From assembly GCA_013265495.1 (NCBI GenBank), contig MU058198.1, forward strand, positions 2,926,419 through 2,990,418: a DNA stretch of 64,000 nt. Reading direction: 5' to 3'. The translations under genes were made by a program, and so were the position numbers. Source of the stretch: Vicugna vicugna (Eukaryota). The notes beneath the pieces are model-generated. The model was given only the letters and a program-made list of their open reading frames with translations, had not been told where the DNA came from and searched no databases. Shown one piece after another: positions 13,318 to 26,873 of the stretch (within the stretch, counting starts at the first letter, position 1; every line of letters begins with the position of its first letter).

Positions 13318-14607
13318 AATTAAAGGTTTCACTGAGTCGGGAACATGTCTGGAGTGGAGGGACTAGAGTAAGAGAGGAGATATTGGTCAAAAGTGGGAGA
13401 CTTGAAATTCAGATTTAAGAGGTTATACAGTTACTGTCAATAACGAGGCTGTGGGAAAGGCTGAGGAGTGACGGGGAAAAGACCGGGGCTGTGTGGGAGG
13501 GCCAAGGAATGGAGACATCAAAGGGTTGGATGAGTTATCTGTGCACATGTTGAAATCACCAAGCATGATGGGAATAGGGAGAGAATAAAGACAGTGACTA
13601 GTAAGCACTAGAGAACTGGAGTCTTTAATGATGGAGAGGATAGCAGATGACCACTTTGTGGAGGAGCTGCTGGCACCATATTCTGTAGACTTCACTTGAA
13701 AAATTCTGGGATTTTTTTGCGGGGGAGAAGGAAAAATGTTTTGGAAGTAACAAAGGGGAGCCCTGAGGTACATGAGTTGAGACAGAAAAGCGAACAACAC
13801 TTGGGAAGGCTGATCCAGAGGTTCGAGGAATTCTGGGCTTAAGCCAAGGCAAGAAACAAAGTTTGGAGGAGAAACTGAGAATATAGGGATGTCTGCTCAT
13901 TACAAACTGGGAATTCCAGAAAGCTCAGAGGAAATGTTTGGGGAGGGAAGTGAGGGGAAGTATAAGGTAAGCTGGTCCAATTAATGTGTAGAAAGCAGTA
14001 CAGATCTAAGATTCTGGGTGATGACAGACGCCCTAGAAGACGTGGACTTCTGGGAGTGCATGTGCAATCAGCTATGGGCTGGTCCTGATCGTGTCCCCAG
14101 AGCAAGTGGATGATCAGCTGAAGCCATGCCCTGAATATTTAGCTTGATGGTTTGGAAGCCAAGTGACAATCTTCAGGCATCTGACATCCTCACTCTGGTT
14201 CTGAGAGATGTTTTAAAGTAATATTAATTAGTAATGATTTTAAAAAGAATAATTATTATAATGAGAGGTACCAGGAATAATCAGAACTTGCAATGATGTT
14301 GCTGTTGTGAAGATGACTTAGAAAGGGCTTTTGATTAAACTAGATCAATGACAAAAGATACTGGAAATAATGAGTGAGAATGTCTGCCAATGTGTCAGTG
14401 GACATGTGGGTGAAAATGCTGCTGGTGAAGAATTTAAGAATGCTTACCCAGCAAAATGTGCTCCCAGAGAGATTTGTTTCTTTTCTAGCATTATTTAAAC
14501 GATATATGTAGATTAGCTTATGCACTGAAAGGAAGCAGGAGGAATCTACACTGACCAGTAAACTGAGGCCACCAATAGGAATTGAGATTTTAAAAAGGAT
14601 GGTTACT

Positions 14608-14842
14608 TCTTTAGATTCTGCATATACATGATAGCATATATTTGTCTTTCTCTGTCTGACTTATTTCACTTAGTATAATAATCTCTACTTCCATTTATGA
14701 TGATGCAAATGGCATTGTTTCATTCCTTTTCATGGCTGAGTAGTATTCCATTATGTATGTGTAACTGAATTACTATGCTGTACACCAGAAACCGACACAA
14801 AGCTGTAAACCAACTATACTTCATTTTTTTAAAAAAAAGTGG
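14608..14842. mobile_element. Short L1 insertion with 5' inversion (antisense segment 14608-~14760, sense 3' end ~14761-14842)
   Basis: Antisense L1 3'-region sequence (tttgtctttctctgtctgacttatttcacttag...tggctgagtagtattccatt) abuts a sense L1 terminus (gctgtacaccagaaacc...tgtaaaccaactatacttca plus an A-rich tail). Flanked by similar aaaaaggatggttact / aaaaagaaatgtttact. Confidence 0.75.
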
Positions 14843-15056
14843 AAAAAAGAAATGTTTACTATCATCATTATTTCTGTGATGTTAACATTTTTATAATGTG
14901 TATATATTACTTTTGTAAACAGAATGTGTATACATACATACATGTATATATTTATATATAAATTTTGAAACTACATTGACCAGAAAGCATACATATACAT
15001 GTAAAATTTAAAATTCTATATAAATCCTTTCAAAAGGATTTGAGGTAACATAATGC

Positions 15057-15250
15057 AGATGGTTAATATTTTAGGCTTTGTGGGCAACATGTTCTCTGTT
15101 GAAACTACTCAACTTTGCCCTTGTAGCATGAAACCAACCATGGACAATATATAAATCGATAAGTATGACTGTTACTCCAGTAAAAGCTGATTTACAAAAA
15201 GAGGCAGTGGTCCCAGATTTGGTCCATAGGCCCTAGTTTGCCAACCCCTG
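15057..15250. mobile_element. MER58A-like hAT-Charlie MITE
   Basis: aatattttaggctttgtgggc...actactcaactttgcc...tagtttgccaacccctg. Confidence 0.8.
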
Positions 15251-15824
15251 AAATAATACACACACAGAATAAAGTAGCAGCCAATTGAAGAGAAGCAGAA
15301 AGGCAAGAGACATGGGCTTTCTCATATGATTGCTTGACAAGAGTTATTTAATGTAATTCTGGGTGCAATTTGTACCATGTTAAAACTTTTAAAGAGAAAA
15401 AAGATTAAAAAAAAAAACCAAGGCAAAGTTAATGAAAAAATAATTTCAGACAACCTAAACTGATAAATGCCACTGACATCATCCAGAGGACTTACCTTGG
15501 AGCTTCTTAGAGGTCAAAGCAAAGAGGGAAACACAAGACTTTCAATCACCTCCCCTCAGCAGATAAAAGGAAACACCCCAGGTTAGCAGGAGAAGTTATC
15601 TTTTTCCATTGTTTGAGCTTCAGGAGAATCTTGTTTTCCTTTGGGGTTTTATTTAGGGGAGGGTGACCACCTGAATTATCCCAGGACTTTCCCACTTCTA
15701 GCACTGAGTGTTTTGTGTCTTGGGAAACTCCTCCATCCCAGTTTTAAACCTGGAAGTCCTACATCCCAGAATCCAGGTAAGGCTCTCCTTAACTCCTGAT
15801 ACTGTGAGATAGTAAGCGGGTGCT

Positions 15825-15936
15825 GGGGAGAGGGAAATAGCTCAATAGTAGAGCACGTCCTTAGCATGCATGAGGCCCTGGGTCAATCTTCAGTACCTCC
15901 ATTAATTTAAAAAGCAAAAAAAAAAAAAAAAAAAAA
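15825..15936 (+). mobile_element. tRNA-derived SINE (camelid Vic-1-like) with poly(A) tail, inserted in an MLT1 LTR 3' end
   Basis: ggggagagggaaatagctcaatagtagagcac...catgcatgaggccctgggtcaatc: A-box/B-box-like head and long A tail. Target-site duplication agtaagcgggtgct (15811-15824) / agtaagtgggtatt (15937-15950). Confidence 0.85.
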
Positions 15937-16519
15937 AGTAAGTGGGTATTATTTTATGTCACCAAGTTTGTGGTAATCAGTTACACGGAAATAGAAAACT
16001 AATATCACAAATTATCACTACCTGTCTCTGTTTACTAGAAGAGGAGATACAGGATGATCAGGAGAGGAAATACTGCCCATACCTGGAGAACAAAGACGAG
16101 CAGACACAAGCCAGGGCATGTTTGCTCCAGACCTGCTGCCCGTTTATTGTGGGGCCCAGTTCCCCAAAGCTAACTGAGGACACCCTTTGCAGCCCCTTCC
16201 ACACAGACAGCCCACGCCCCAGTGCACACTCAAGCCTGGGAGGAGAGGAATTGGCAGAAAGAACATGGAAACAGACAGCATTACAGGGAAGGGGACACAG
16301 GCTAAGTAAGAAGGGAGCGGCTGAGGTCTGGGACGCGTCAGGAGGAGCCTGGGTCTCCCTCGCTCCCAGGGGCTCTGTCTGTAGGGCTGACACCACACAG
16401 GAGAGTTATGTAACCCGAGTGCCCCAGGCCTCACCAGCCTTAGGGCACAAATGAGGTCACGTCAGCATTTAGACTCATAATTAGCTCCCTCAGGCCACTT
16501 CCTATTGGCCGTACTAATT

Positions 16520-16920
16520 GAGGCACAGGATAAGTTGCTGGAACAGAGAGAGGCAAATACACAGTCGTTCAAGCCAAGCAGAAGTTTATTTCTCTGTCAT
16601 GGAACATCCCAAAGATGGACGGTGGTCCTGAGCAGGGAAGTAAAGTCATCTTCACAATGTCACTCAGGGTCCCAGGTTCCTTCTGCCTGAGGTGTTGTTC
16701 TCACCCAAGTCCGAGCTCATGCACCACCAAGTCCACATGCCAACCCCCAGAGAAGGGGAAAGAGAGGACACAGAGGCCAAGCAACATCCCACTGGCATGA
16801 CCATGGCCATGCCTGCTTGCAAGGGAGGCTGGGAAATGTAGTCTCCACTGGGTAGCCATGGGGTCCTATTTCTAAAAGATGGGGAGATTACATTCTGGGG
16901 AGCAATAAGGAGTTCATGTG
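16520..16920 (-). mobile_element. MaLR LTR (MLT1I/J-like)
   Basis: aagtttatttctct...actcagggtcccaggttccttc...catggccatgcctgcttgcaagggaggctgggaaatgtagtct. Confidence 0.7.
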
Positions 16921-17076
16921 ACAGCACCACTCCAGGAGAATGTCTCACATGTCCGTGAGCACCTCCTGGGTACCACGGTCCCTGTGCGTGGGCCAGCTCT
17001 GCTCCATCAGGGCTCCAGGGATGAGCACAGAAAGCTCTGACCCGACCTCCCCTTGGGCTCCCAGCACTGGGTGACA

Positions 17077-17450
17077 GTCTTAGTTTGGGATCCCGCCAAG
17101 CAGAGCCAGAGGCAAGTATCTGGGTGCTGGTGGTTGACTTGAGAGGTGACCCCAAGAAGGAGGGGTAGAGGCAGGGAGAATAATCAGGGAAGGCGGAGAA
17201 GCCAGCAAACGGCGCATTGCTGTCCTGATCACTGCCATGGGTAACTGCGACTCAGTCCCACTGTGGACACGGCGAGGAACCCTCTCTCTGAAGGACGGGA
17301 GCTGGGACATTTATCTGCTGCCTCTCTGTCCCATGGGTTGAGCCCTATGCCTGGGGGTGTTACCTCCCATGGAGGCAGAGAAGCAGAGAGAGAAGGGGGG
17401 CACTGAGGTGGACTTCCCATTGTGGCCAAGGGGTGTGGGCTGGGCTGGGC
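17077..17450 (-). mobile_element. LTR33-like ERVL LTR
   Basis: gtcttagtttgggatccc...agcagagccagaggcaag...gaggtgacccc...actcagtcccactg. Confidence 0.6.
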
Positions 17451-19329
17451 TGGGGACATGCCACTCTGTCTTCTCTGAGCCTTGAAATGAACCCTTAAAA
17501 CATCCTCAGTACAGTTTCCTTGCTCTCATGCAACCCACCCACCCAACTAATGACCGGGGGTCCTGGGCTTCTACGTCCAGCCTTGGCTGGACACAGCAAA
17601 CTTTGCCCATTAACATGATTGTCTTCTGAATATTAAGTGAATTCACCAAAACATTGCCTGGCTCTCAAGAAATATTAACTATTGTTATTATTATTATTAT
17701 TATTGATTGTGGGCTAGATATGAACAATGCCTGGCTCCCACAAGGCCGGCTGTATGTAATATATAAAATAACATTATTTGGGGCCAAGATCACAGTTATT
17801 AAATGGAGCCAGGATTCATCCAGGCAACCTGATTCCCAATATGATGCTCTAGGCTGCTACGGCCATCCACCTCCCCAGGGTAATCACCCGCAGCTTTATT
17901 ATATCATAATATTGTGATGCTAATGTATCGGGCTACCTCAGGAAGCACCCAAGAAGAGTGCTCGGGGATGAGAAGGAACGCTGCAGGAATTCACAAAAAG
18001 CAAGCCTTCAGGCAGCCTCCCCGCCCCAAGCAGGGCCAGACGTTCAGCCCTGATGAGGCCATCTCGGCTGCTATCATCACTGTGTCCTTCGACCGCTCCC
18101 GCCAGATGGGAAGGATTAGGAGGCAGGGATGAGGTTGGGGCCTTGGTGAACACTAAATACTGCCGCGGGAGTTTCAGAGCTTTGGTATCAGCGATTTCAG
18201 CTTGGTTAGCTTTTTAGAACATGGCAAAGAAATCGGATGTGGAGGGGCAGGTGCAGGGAGCAGCCGCTGGGTCTGGAAGGCTGCCACGCCACCTGCGAAG
18301 GGAGAGAGCAGAGGGGGAAGCTCATTAACCGTCTCCGGATCATTAACCCTGGTCCCCAGGGGCACAGTCACTGAGTTTGGACTTTTCGTCTCGTCAGTTT
18401 TTCTGCGAAGGTCTCGGGGGGCTCCAGCCTGGGCCAGGGCTCTCATCTCAGGAAGCAGGTGGTACAAGATGGAGGAGTCAGTAACCGCTGTTATTTGGAC
18501 AGAATAAAAAGGCTACAGTTTACTGAAAGCATGTGTGCTGGGGTGGGGAAACTGAGGCTCAGAGAGGTTAATTAACTTGCCCAGAGCGCACAGTTTGAAA
18601 GTGGCAGAGCCAGAGGCCAAAGCAAGCCCATCTGGATCCATAATCCGTATTCTTAACTACTACCTTGCCCTCTGTCTTGTAGGATGAATGACAACAGTTC
18701 TCCGTGGTCAGGGAGAGCTTACAAGAATGTACCACAGGGGCCTGGACAGCAGCCAGAGGTGGGTAGACAGAAGGAGGGGTGTGGGTCGTGCAAGTAACAG
18801 TCGATGATCCCTAGTTCAGTACACAGAGTCACTGGTCAGTATTTATTAAGTGCCTCCTATTTGTTAGGCTTTCGAGATGGAGGGGTGAATGAGAGAAAAT
18901 GGGTCCCAGCCCCCAAGGGGAGGGTGGGGGAGAGGCAACACCACCTCCCACCCCAGGCTGGTTCCCTGTCCCTTCTCTGTCCCTCACACTTAGATTCTAA
19001 TTTTCTGTGTTAGATTTTCGGGCCAGTCTCTGATGGGTCCTGGTACAATTCTGGGCACAGAATCAGTGCTTCATTTGTCTTCACCGAACAGATCTGACCT
19101 GACCCCACAAGGGGAAGGTGCCACCTGTCATAGGGTTTGGGGGACAGACCCTAAGGCCACCCAGCAGTGAGGAGCAGGTCAAACTTTGCCGCTGCAATGA
19201 GATGGGAGCGGTGGCCCAGTTTGGCTTCCCTCCGGACTGGGAACTATTTAGGGCTTCCTACCAGGGACTCAGGGGTCCTGCGTCCCGGCTGCTCTGTCTA
19301 GGCTAAGCTCTGTCCCCTCCACCTGACCC

Positions 19330-19645
19330 TCCTCCACTCCCAGGCTCGCTTTCCTCTTTCAGAACTTTCTTCTTCACCTTCAGAGAAGCCTTCTCTCATC
19401 ACCTCTCCTCCAACCTCTAGAACTTTTAACCCCTTCCCTCGTCTTATTTTCCTCCAGAGCGCATATCACTCTTAACATGCTATAGATTTTACAGACCAAC
19501 TTTTTTTTTTCTCGCTTGTCTCTCCAGCACAGAACATAAGCTCCGTGGAAGCAAAGATGTTCGCTTTTTGGTTAACTGCTGTGCCAAGTTCAATAAATAT
19601 TTGTTGCATACATGGATGAATGAATGAATGAATGAACAAATGAAT
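19330..19645 (+). mobile_element. L2 LINE 3' end with (TGAA)n tail
   Basis: cagagaagccttctct...agaacataagctccgtg...caataaatatttgttg...gaatgaatgaatgaatgaa. Confidence 0.75.
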
Positions 19646-22600
19646 CAGTGTTACGGGAGCCAGCTGACTTCAGGCATCACCCGTAGGACACCAGCTATGC
19701 AGCGGCAGCTGCCAAATAAGACAATTTGCATTTCAATAAACTTACTCAATGTTTGCCAATTAGCACATCCAGAAGGAAGCTATTTCAACATGTACGCTTT
19801 GTGTTTCGTGCTTTAGTCTTATTTTTCTTTTGAAGTCATAGTGGCAGATCAGGGGAACACCATAAATCTTCCACTGCCTGAAGCCTTTAAACTCAGCCTT
19901 AAATACTGCAGCTCTCCATCCTGCCAAATCTTACCTATAAAACAGAGCCACCTAGCGCAAAACTCAACTTACATTGTCTATATATTTTTTAAATTTTCCT
20001 CTAAAAGTTGGAACTTATATCGGTTCGATCTCAATCTTTCCTTTGAGTAAGTTTGACCTGGCTTGGGTATGGTTCACTGGTGGGCGGAGGGGGCAAGGGG
20101 TGGAATGCAGATTCCTGGGCCCAGTGGGCCTGGGGTAGAGCCTGGCCATAGACTCTGCTGTGAGAAACACCAGTCTTGCTGCCGTGAAGGATGGATTTCG
20201 TGTTCGAATCCATGGGAACATAAGATCAAAGGAGGGAGCCTCAAGCACCACACTGGTTAGTAAAATGCCTATGTCCTCCAAATATTCTAAGTAGGCATGA
20301 AAAACCCTAAAGTGGTGCAGAGTCCAGGAGGAGAGGATGGGGACCTGCCCAGGACAGAGCAACAAGTAGATTTCTGCCTTGTCTCCTGACAGCACTCCGT
20401 CCCCACCTCTTGTCCTGCCCAATTACACAGTGTGTAATCTAATGCTGTGGGAGAGACTGAACACTGGGAAAGACTTTATTGTGGCCCTGGGAGAAAGTGT
20501 TTCCTATGGCCAATAAATCGGGCAACATCATCCCCTTGAAGATAAGCTTGGAGCAAGTAAGTAGATACATGAAAATAGAAAAACCCCTCAATTTACTGCC
20601 AGCTAGATGGGTCTTTGACATCTTTTCAACTCTCCCAGAACCCAGCTGAGCCAAATATACTAAAAAAAAATGGGGTCCTAGCCAAGTCATCAGCCATGCA
20701 TTTAAGCACTTTTGCTGCTAAGATGTTCACATCTCTCATCTCACTGTTTCTTCCCTGTAGGCATCTGGGTCCCTGAGCTGTGGTGGTTTACCCAAAGTCA
20801 CCCAGCAAGTGTGAAAGGAAGCCCCTTATGGCACCTGTGATCTCAGCTCAGAGGAACTCTGGGCATCTTCCAGGGACAACCTCAGCTCCAAGGGGAGATG
20901 CTCGTCACCAAAGGTAGACAAGACTCACAGAGCAGGAGTTCCAACCCAGTGTCCACAGAGACCAGGCAGACAACACTGAAGACTGGAGTGGACTGGGCTG
21001 AAAACTGCATTTCCTCTACCTGGGGCAGCCTCTGCTCAATCTCTTGCCACACAGATCCTACAAGTGTGTCAGGACCACCTGAAAGTCTAGACTTTAAAAG
21101 GAAATATTCTTATTTTTCAATGATGTCAAATAATTCCATTCTTCAAAAGTTGTGTGAGCCAAAGAAAATATATCCACGGACCACCAATTTGCAATTCCCT
21201 TTATGGAAGAACAGGGAGCCTGGACAATACCTCTAGCAGGAATGTGGGATAAGAAGATGACTAGAAGCCTTGTTCTGTGACCAAGAGACAGAATTTGGAG
21301 AGCCCAGGACTTGGGGCCAGGAACCTCTTGATCAGATGGGACCATCTCAACAGAAGGGTGGCCTGGGACTCCAGGACCCTGGAGATCAGCCTGCCAGGGG
21401 ATGACACTCTGCTTCTCCTCACAGGGTCAGGTCTGCATCCTCTACTCTGGCTTAGTTTGGTCTTGGTACCGGGCTGGTCCAGCAAAGGGCTGAGGATGAC
21501 AATGGGGAGCAAGGAGTGTGGGGGCAGGGGAGTGAAGAGTGAAGTGAACATCTCACTTCTGCCCTCCCAGCGCCTACTCCTTCTTCTTTCAGTGTGGAAT
21601 CACACAGCTTTTCTTTGGGGACCCACTCTTCTCCTGCCCCCAGTTCATGCAAGTTTGATTGAGGTGACCTGGGGCTCCCACAGTGAGCCCATCATCCTGT
21701 CCTATCCCTTGCTCCACAGTGATTGGCTCCAGGCCTGGCCAATCCACAAGTAGTATTCCACCCACCAGCTGCCTTAGGCCATCAAAAATCCCACGTGCAA
21801 TCTCCTTGATGGCTTGCCCATCACTGAATTAATCGCTATGCTCAGGAAATGGATCCTGATTGGACAGACCAGCTCCTATGGCCTCCCTTGGAGCCAGGGA
21901 TGAGGTCAGTCCCACCTGAACAGAGGGAGGGGGTGTGTAGTCACCTGACTTGTGAGTTCCTGTTCTATTTGTCCTGCAAATGTTTAAGCATCACAAAGGT
22001 AGGAAATCAAAACAGCCCTTGACTATTCTCTCGTAGAGACATCCGCCATTGCTACTGAGTGTGGATAAAACTGTGGGCACCAGGTTCAGTTTCTGGTTAT
22101 TCCACTCAGCAGCTGTTTGACCTTGGGGAAGTCATTTAGTATGGCGTGCCTCAGTTTACTTGTCCAAAAAATGGAGATAATGCTCATATCTACCTCATTC
22201 AGCTATTCAAGAGAATCAAAGTTCTTAGGACAATGCCAGCTGTTGTCTTCGTTGGAGATTCTGGAACCACTGCTCTTAGATCCCTCTCTCATGCCACGGT
22301 TTGGAGGGAGTGACGTGCAGCCCTCATTCTGAGTTCCCTCGTCTGCCAAAAGGATGTTGCTGGGGATTTGAGCCAGCCACTGCTGGGGAGGCTGGGTTCC
22401 AGATTCAACACTGAATGGGGTGAAGTGGAGGTAAGTGGAGTGCAGCGAAGGGGTGGGTGGTGGCTGGAATGAAACAGGAACGATGGAGTAAATGGAAGAG
22501 AAATGAGTGGGGCAGATGGGAAGCAGAGGAATGTGGGTGGAAGTGGGATGAGGTGACGTGAATAAGGGGAGGGGTGGTGTGAGGGGGGATGGAGGGAGGA

Positions 22601-24387
22601 AGGAAGAAATGGTGAAGTGGGGTAACATGAGGTGGGACCTGTCTCCTGACCAACACGGAGCACCCCCGGCATTGTTGTTATCTGACAGGGCACCAGGGAT
22701 GGTGTGGGGAGGGATTCCTCAAGGCTGCCATCCTCTGTAAGATCAGCAAGAGGGAAGGGGAGAGAGAGGCCACGGTACAGATGTAAATGTGGATCTCCCT
22801 AAATGCACCTCAAAGCTCACCAAGACTTGTGTTTCCCTGTCCCTTAACCTGCAGAGCATTTCCCAGAGCCGGCTATGACCTTAACCATTCTATGAGGACC
22901 TCAGCGAGGTGCTATGACCTTCATGCTATGACTTCACTCATGGTTCTGGTCCAGTTACTAATGACAGAGGCCACCAGGCCCCCAAAATGAGTCTTCATGG
23001 TTGGGGGGTGGAAAAATCCCAGGCAAGGAAGCAGCTATTCTCATCCCCTTTGAAACTGGCGGTGGTTAGGTGTCTTGCCCCATGTACCCAGCTAGTGTCA
23101 GAACCTTGGTGAGAATCTACATTCCCAGAGTCCCATTTTAAGTCATTTTGGAGATGAGCTGACAAGTGAAGTGGGAAACAGACACCACGTCATTGGTACC
23201 AAGGAAAACTCATTGAAAATTAGAGCTTCCTACTCCTCACTGCTCCCATCCCACTCAGGACACAGCCTCCCTCTCCCCCTCCCCAGTCTGGGCTCAGGAC
23301 ACCCTGCAGAATGAAGCTCAGATCAGAATCTTCAAATACCTGGGAGCTTGCTGGCTATCGGCACATGCAGGGTTGCGAGTTCACTAATGAGTGCCCTGGT
23401 TGAGTAGGGCTTGGGCTGGTGGGCAAAGTGCTAGGAGGCTTCTGGTAAGCAGGCTGGAGATACGTTGGGACTCCTTGGCTGCAAAGAATAGAAAAGACAC
23501 TCAAAGATACTTAAGCACCAAAAAAATAAACAAATTGCCTTACATGCCTAAGAAGTCAGTGAGTTTGGATGCTTCAGATACCAATACAGAGAGATGACAT
23601 AGATATAGGCGGGGATACATATAAATACAGTTACAGATATACAGATACATATGCTCAGCTTTTAATCATCAGGTTTCTGCCTCCACTTCTCCATCCCTCA
23701 CCTCTGATTTTGCTTTATTTTCAAGCTCATTTTTTCTACATAGTGGGAAAATGGCACTCAGAAATTTCTGTTTCAGTGATCCTTTCAGAACGGAGTCTCT
23801 TCTTCTCAGTGCCCGTGCTAATTCCTCTAACTCGACATGACTCCCACTTCTCCTGCCTCCCTCTCTCTGTGTTGTGGGAGCAGTGGGCACAGAATCAACA
23901 AGGTTGACCTTGAGTTTGGGTTAAAGCCTGGGTTTTGTAATTGAGAGTTCAAGACCCCATTATTGGTCGTATCACTAGAGTCAGATGAAAAGAGGAAAGG
24001 GAGGGTCCCAGAAATAGAGGACGTAACAGTTTTCTATCAGATGGGGAGGTGGCATGGAGCAGAAGATGTGGGCCCAAGGCTCTGATGAGCCCAGGGATTT
24101 CGATCGCCCAGTGTGTGGACGTATCCAAGTGCCTTTGTCTCCTCCCTCTGTCCTCTCTCAGTGACATTTCTTTCATTGGTATTAAAAAAAAAAACCTTTT
24201 TATTTTAAGAAATTATAGTTTCACATGCAGTTTTAAGGAAAAAATAGAGAAAGATCATAGCTCCTTTTACCCAATTTTCCCCAATGGTAACATCTTGCAT
24301 AAATAGAATACAATATTACAGCCAGGAAATTGACACTCATACAACCCACCAACCTTATTCAGATTTCACTACTTTTACATTCACTGT

Positions 24388-24390
<3 letters not shown>

Positions 24391-24428
<38 letters not shown>
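24391..24428. repeat. (TG)n microsatellite
   Basis: Uninterrupted gtgtgt run seen directly. Confidence 0.95.
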
Positions 24429-24430
<2 letters not shown>

Positions 24431-24509
24431 AGCTCTATACGATTTTATCATATGTGTAGATTTGTGTGACCAGCACCACAGCCAAGATCCACTACAAGAA
24501 TCCTTTGTA

Positions 24510-24611
24510 GGGGTGAAGCGTTTAGTACAGTGGCAGAGTGGGTGCTTGGCATGCATGGGGTCCTGGGTTCAATCCCCAGCACCTCCATTAATGGGGGAGA
24601 AAATAAAAAAA
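24510..24611 (+). mobile_element. tRNA-derived SINE (camelid Vic-1-like)
   Basis: tagtacagtggcagagt...catgcatggggtcctgggttcaatccccagcacctcca plus A-rich tail. Probable target-site duplication aagaatcctttgta / aaaaatcccttgct. Confidence 0.8.
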
Positions 24612-26499
24612 TCCCTTGCTCTGTCCCTTCATAGCCACAGCCACCTGCCTCCCTCCCTCACTCTCTAATTCATGGCAACCTGGATTCTTCATTTCTACAA
24701 TTTTGTCATTTTTATAATTTTATCATTTCAAAAATGTTATTTAAATGGAAACATACAGTAAATAATCTTTGGGCCTGGCTCCCCCCCCCCCGCCCCGACC
24801 TCAGCCTAATTCCCTTGAGAGCCATCCAAGATTTTGCATGTATCAATAGCTTGTTCCTTTTGGTTGCTGACCAGTCATTCATAGTATAGATGCTCCACAG
24901 TTTGTTTAACCATTCACCCATTGAAGGACATTTGGATTACTTCCAGTTATTGGTTATTATGCATAAAGCTGCTATGAACACTCATGTACAGGCTTTTGTG
25001 TCAACGTGAGTCTTCATTTCTCTGGGACAAATGCCCAAGGTACAATCGCTTTATTATATGGAAAGCACATGTTTTATTTCATAAGAAACTGCCATATTCT
25101 TTTGGAGAGTGGCTGTATCACTTTACATCTCCACCAGCAATGAAGGAGTGATCCAGGTCCTTCACAACCTCACCAGCATTTGGTGTTATCACTTTTTTTT
25201 TTAACCACCCTGATAGATACATAGTGCTATCTCATTATGGTTTTAATTTGCATTTCCCTCATGACCAATGATGTGAACTTCTTTTCACATGACTCTCACT
25301 GACTTTTACAGGATCAATCTTGAGAACGTTTTCTCACTTGGTGAATGAAGATAACAAGGACAGTAGCACTTACCACGCAGAGATGCTGTGAAAGTTCTCA
25401 TGAAGCACCTGAATAATGATTGGCACATAAGTATTTTAAAAACATCAGCTATTACTATTCCTGTAAAAGAGGGGTTCACAGTGTGAGCTGCAGAGTCAAA
25501 AAGAACTTCACTCTACTATAGGTGACAATCCCCTCCCTAAATCTAACTTCATTCCTCTATCAAACGGGAAGAATAGCATCACTTACCTTACAGGGTTGCC
25601 GTGAAACTCAGATAAGACATGCAAGGCACTTACTACAATGCCTAGAAAGTACTTAACTCTGTTTATCCCTCCAGTTTATCAGAGACCCCATTTAAGCCTT
25701 GTCTCCTTAATGGACTCTTCATGCCTCTCCCTCCATTGTTTTCCAGTCCACCAGGGTCAATCTGCTGGGGGTAGGGTGGGGAATCCTGGGTACAAACTCT
25801 CCCTCTGAGGATTATTGTTCCATTGGGGCCCTCCACTGCTCCAGAAGAAACAGCCAGATTTGGCTGGGGAGCTGGGTGAGATCACATTTATCTGAGAAGC
25901 TTCCAAATGAAAACTAGCATTTGTACTTATTGCATTTCACCTCCAAATTTGATTACATTTCTCTCCCGCTGTAAATCTGCCTTCCCCTCTGCCAACTTAT
26001 TATTAAAGCTGGGACGGAATTGGTGGAGTGGTACGTAAAATTTCCATCTTGGCTTTGACATTCCAGGAAGTTACAAACCAATTACAGCTGCTGGGCCTCA
26101 GGCCCTGATGAATCACAGAGCACAGCAAGGGATGGAAGGGGACAGAGCGGGGATGTGAGGGAGATAGTGAGCTGGGAATCAAAGGTCAATTAAAATAAAA
26201 CAGTCAATTTTAATTTGAATGTCTTGCTTATATTCACATCCCTTTCCCATAAATGAGAAAGTAAATGAAGCTTGTTCATTCGTGTGGGTGTGGTGTGTGT
26301 TTTTTGAAGACAGTGAGAGCTTTTGAAATGGTTTCAGCGTCTCAAAGATTTGAAATTTGAAAGGTCCCAGGGAGAAAACATGCAATCTGGTGGCGTGCCC
26401 ATATGTCAGCAGCTGCCTAACAAAGAGCCATCGTCACTAGCCTTAGGGGTGTGTAGGTCTAAATGTCAGCAGTTCCAGCCTTGGGAATAGGCACCTCTG

Positions 26500-26670
26500 T
26501 GTTTGAGCCTTGGTTCCAACACTGAACAGCTGTACGAGCAAAGTGTGAGCAACTTCTCTGTGCCTCCATTTCTTCATCAATAAAATGAAGATAATAGCAC
26601 CTACCCCTGCTGGTTATTTTAAAGATTAAGATAAATAATGTACCCAAAGGGTCAAGCGTAATGCCTATCC
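26500..26670 (+). mobile_element. MIR SINE
   Basis: cttctctgtgcctccatttcttcatcaataaaatgaagataatagcacctacc...aagattaa. Confidence 0.7.
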
Positions 26671-26873
26671 AGGCGGTCAGTGTTGTTTCTTTTCTTCTTG
26701 GTCAGCGGATCTGAAGCCCAACCAGATGGCCTCAAACAACAGTTTAACTAGATCTTAATTTAGTGGTATGCATCTTCCTGATGGGGGCTTGGGTTTCGAG
26801 GCAGTTGGTTTTAATTTCCTTGATGTGGGCGTCTTGATCCTGTTCCTCTCCTAGAGGCAAACGGTGGGAGCGG

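Larger units (their letters stand above)
24195..25290 (-). mobile_element. Old L1 (L1MB/L1MC-type) 3' region, carrying a (TG)n tract and a nested SINE
   Basis: cccaatggtaacatcttgca...ccaggaaattgaca, ccacagtttgtttaaccattcacccattgaagga, ataagaaactgcca...ctcaccagcatttggtgtt. Confidence 0.85.

Noticed and set aside
15825..15900. tRNA-like sequences (also ~24510 and ~43010-43078)
   Set aside because: They have A-rich tails and target-site duplications and I could not build a complete cloverleaf, so they are SINE heads rather than tRNA genes.
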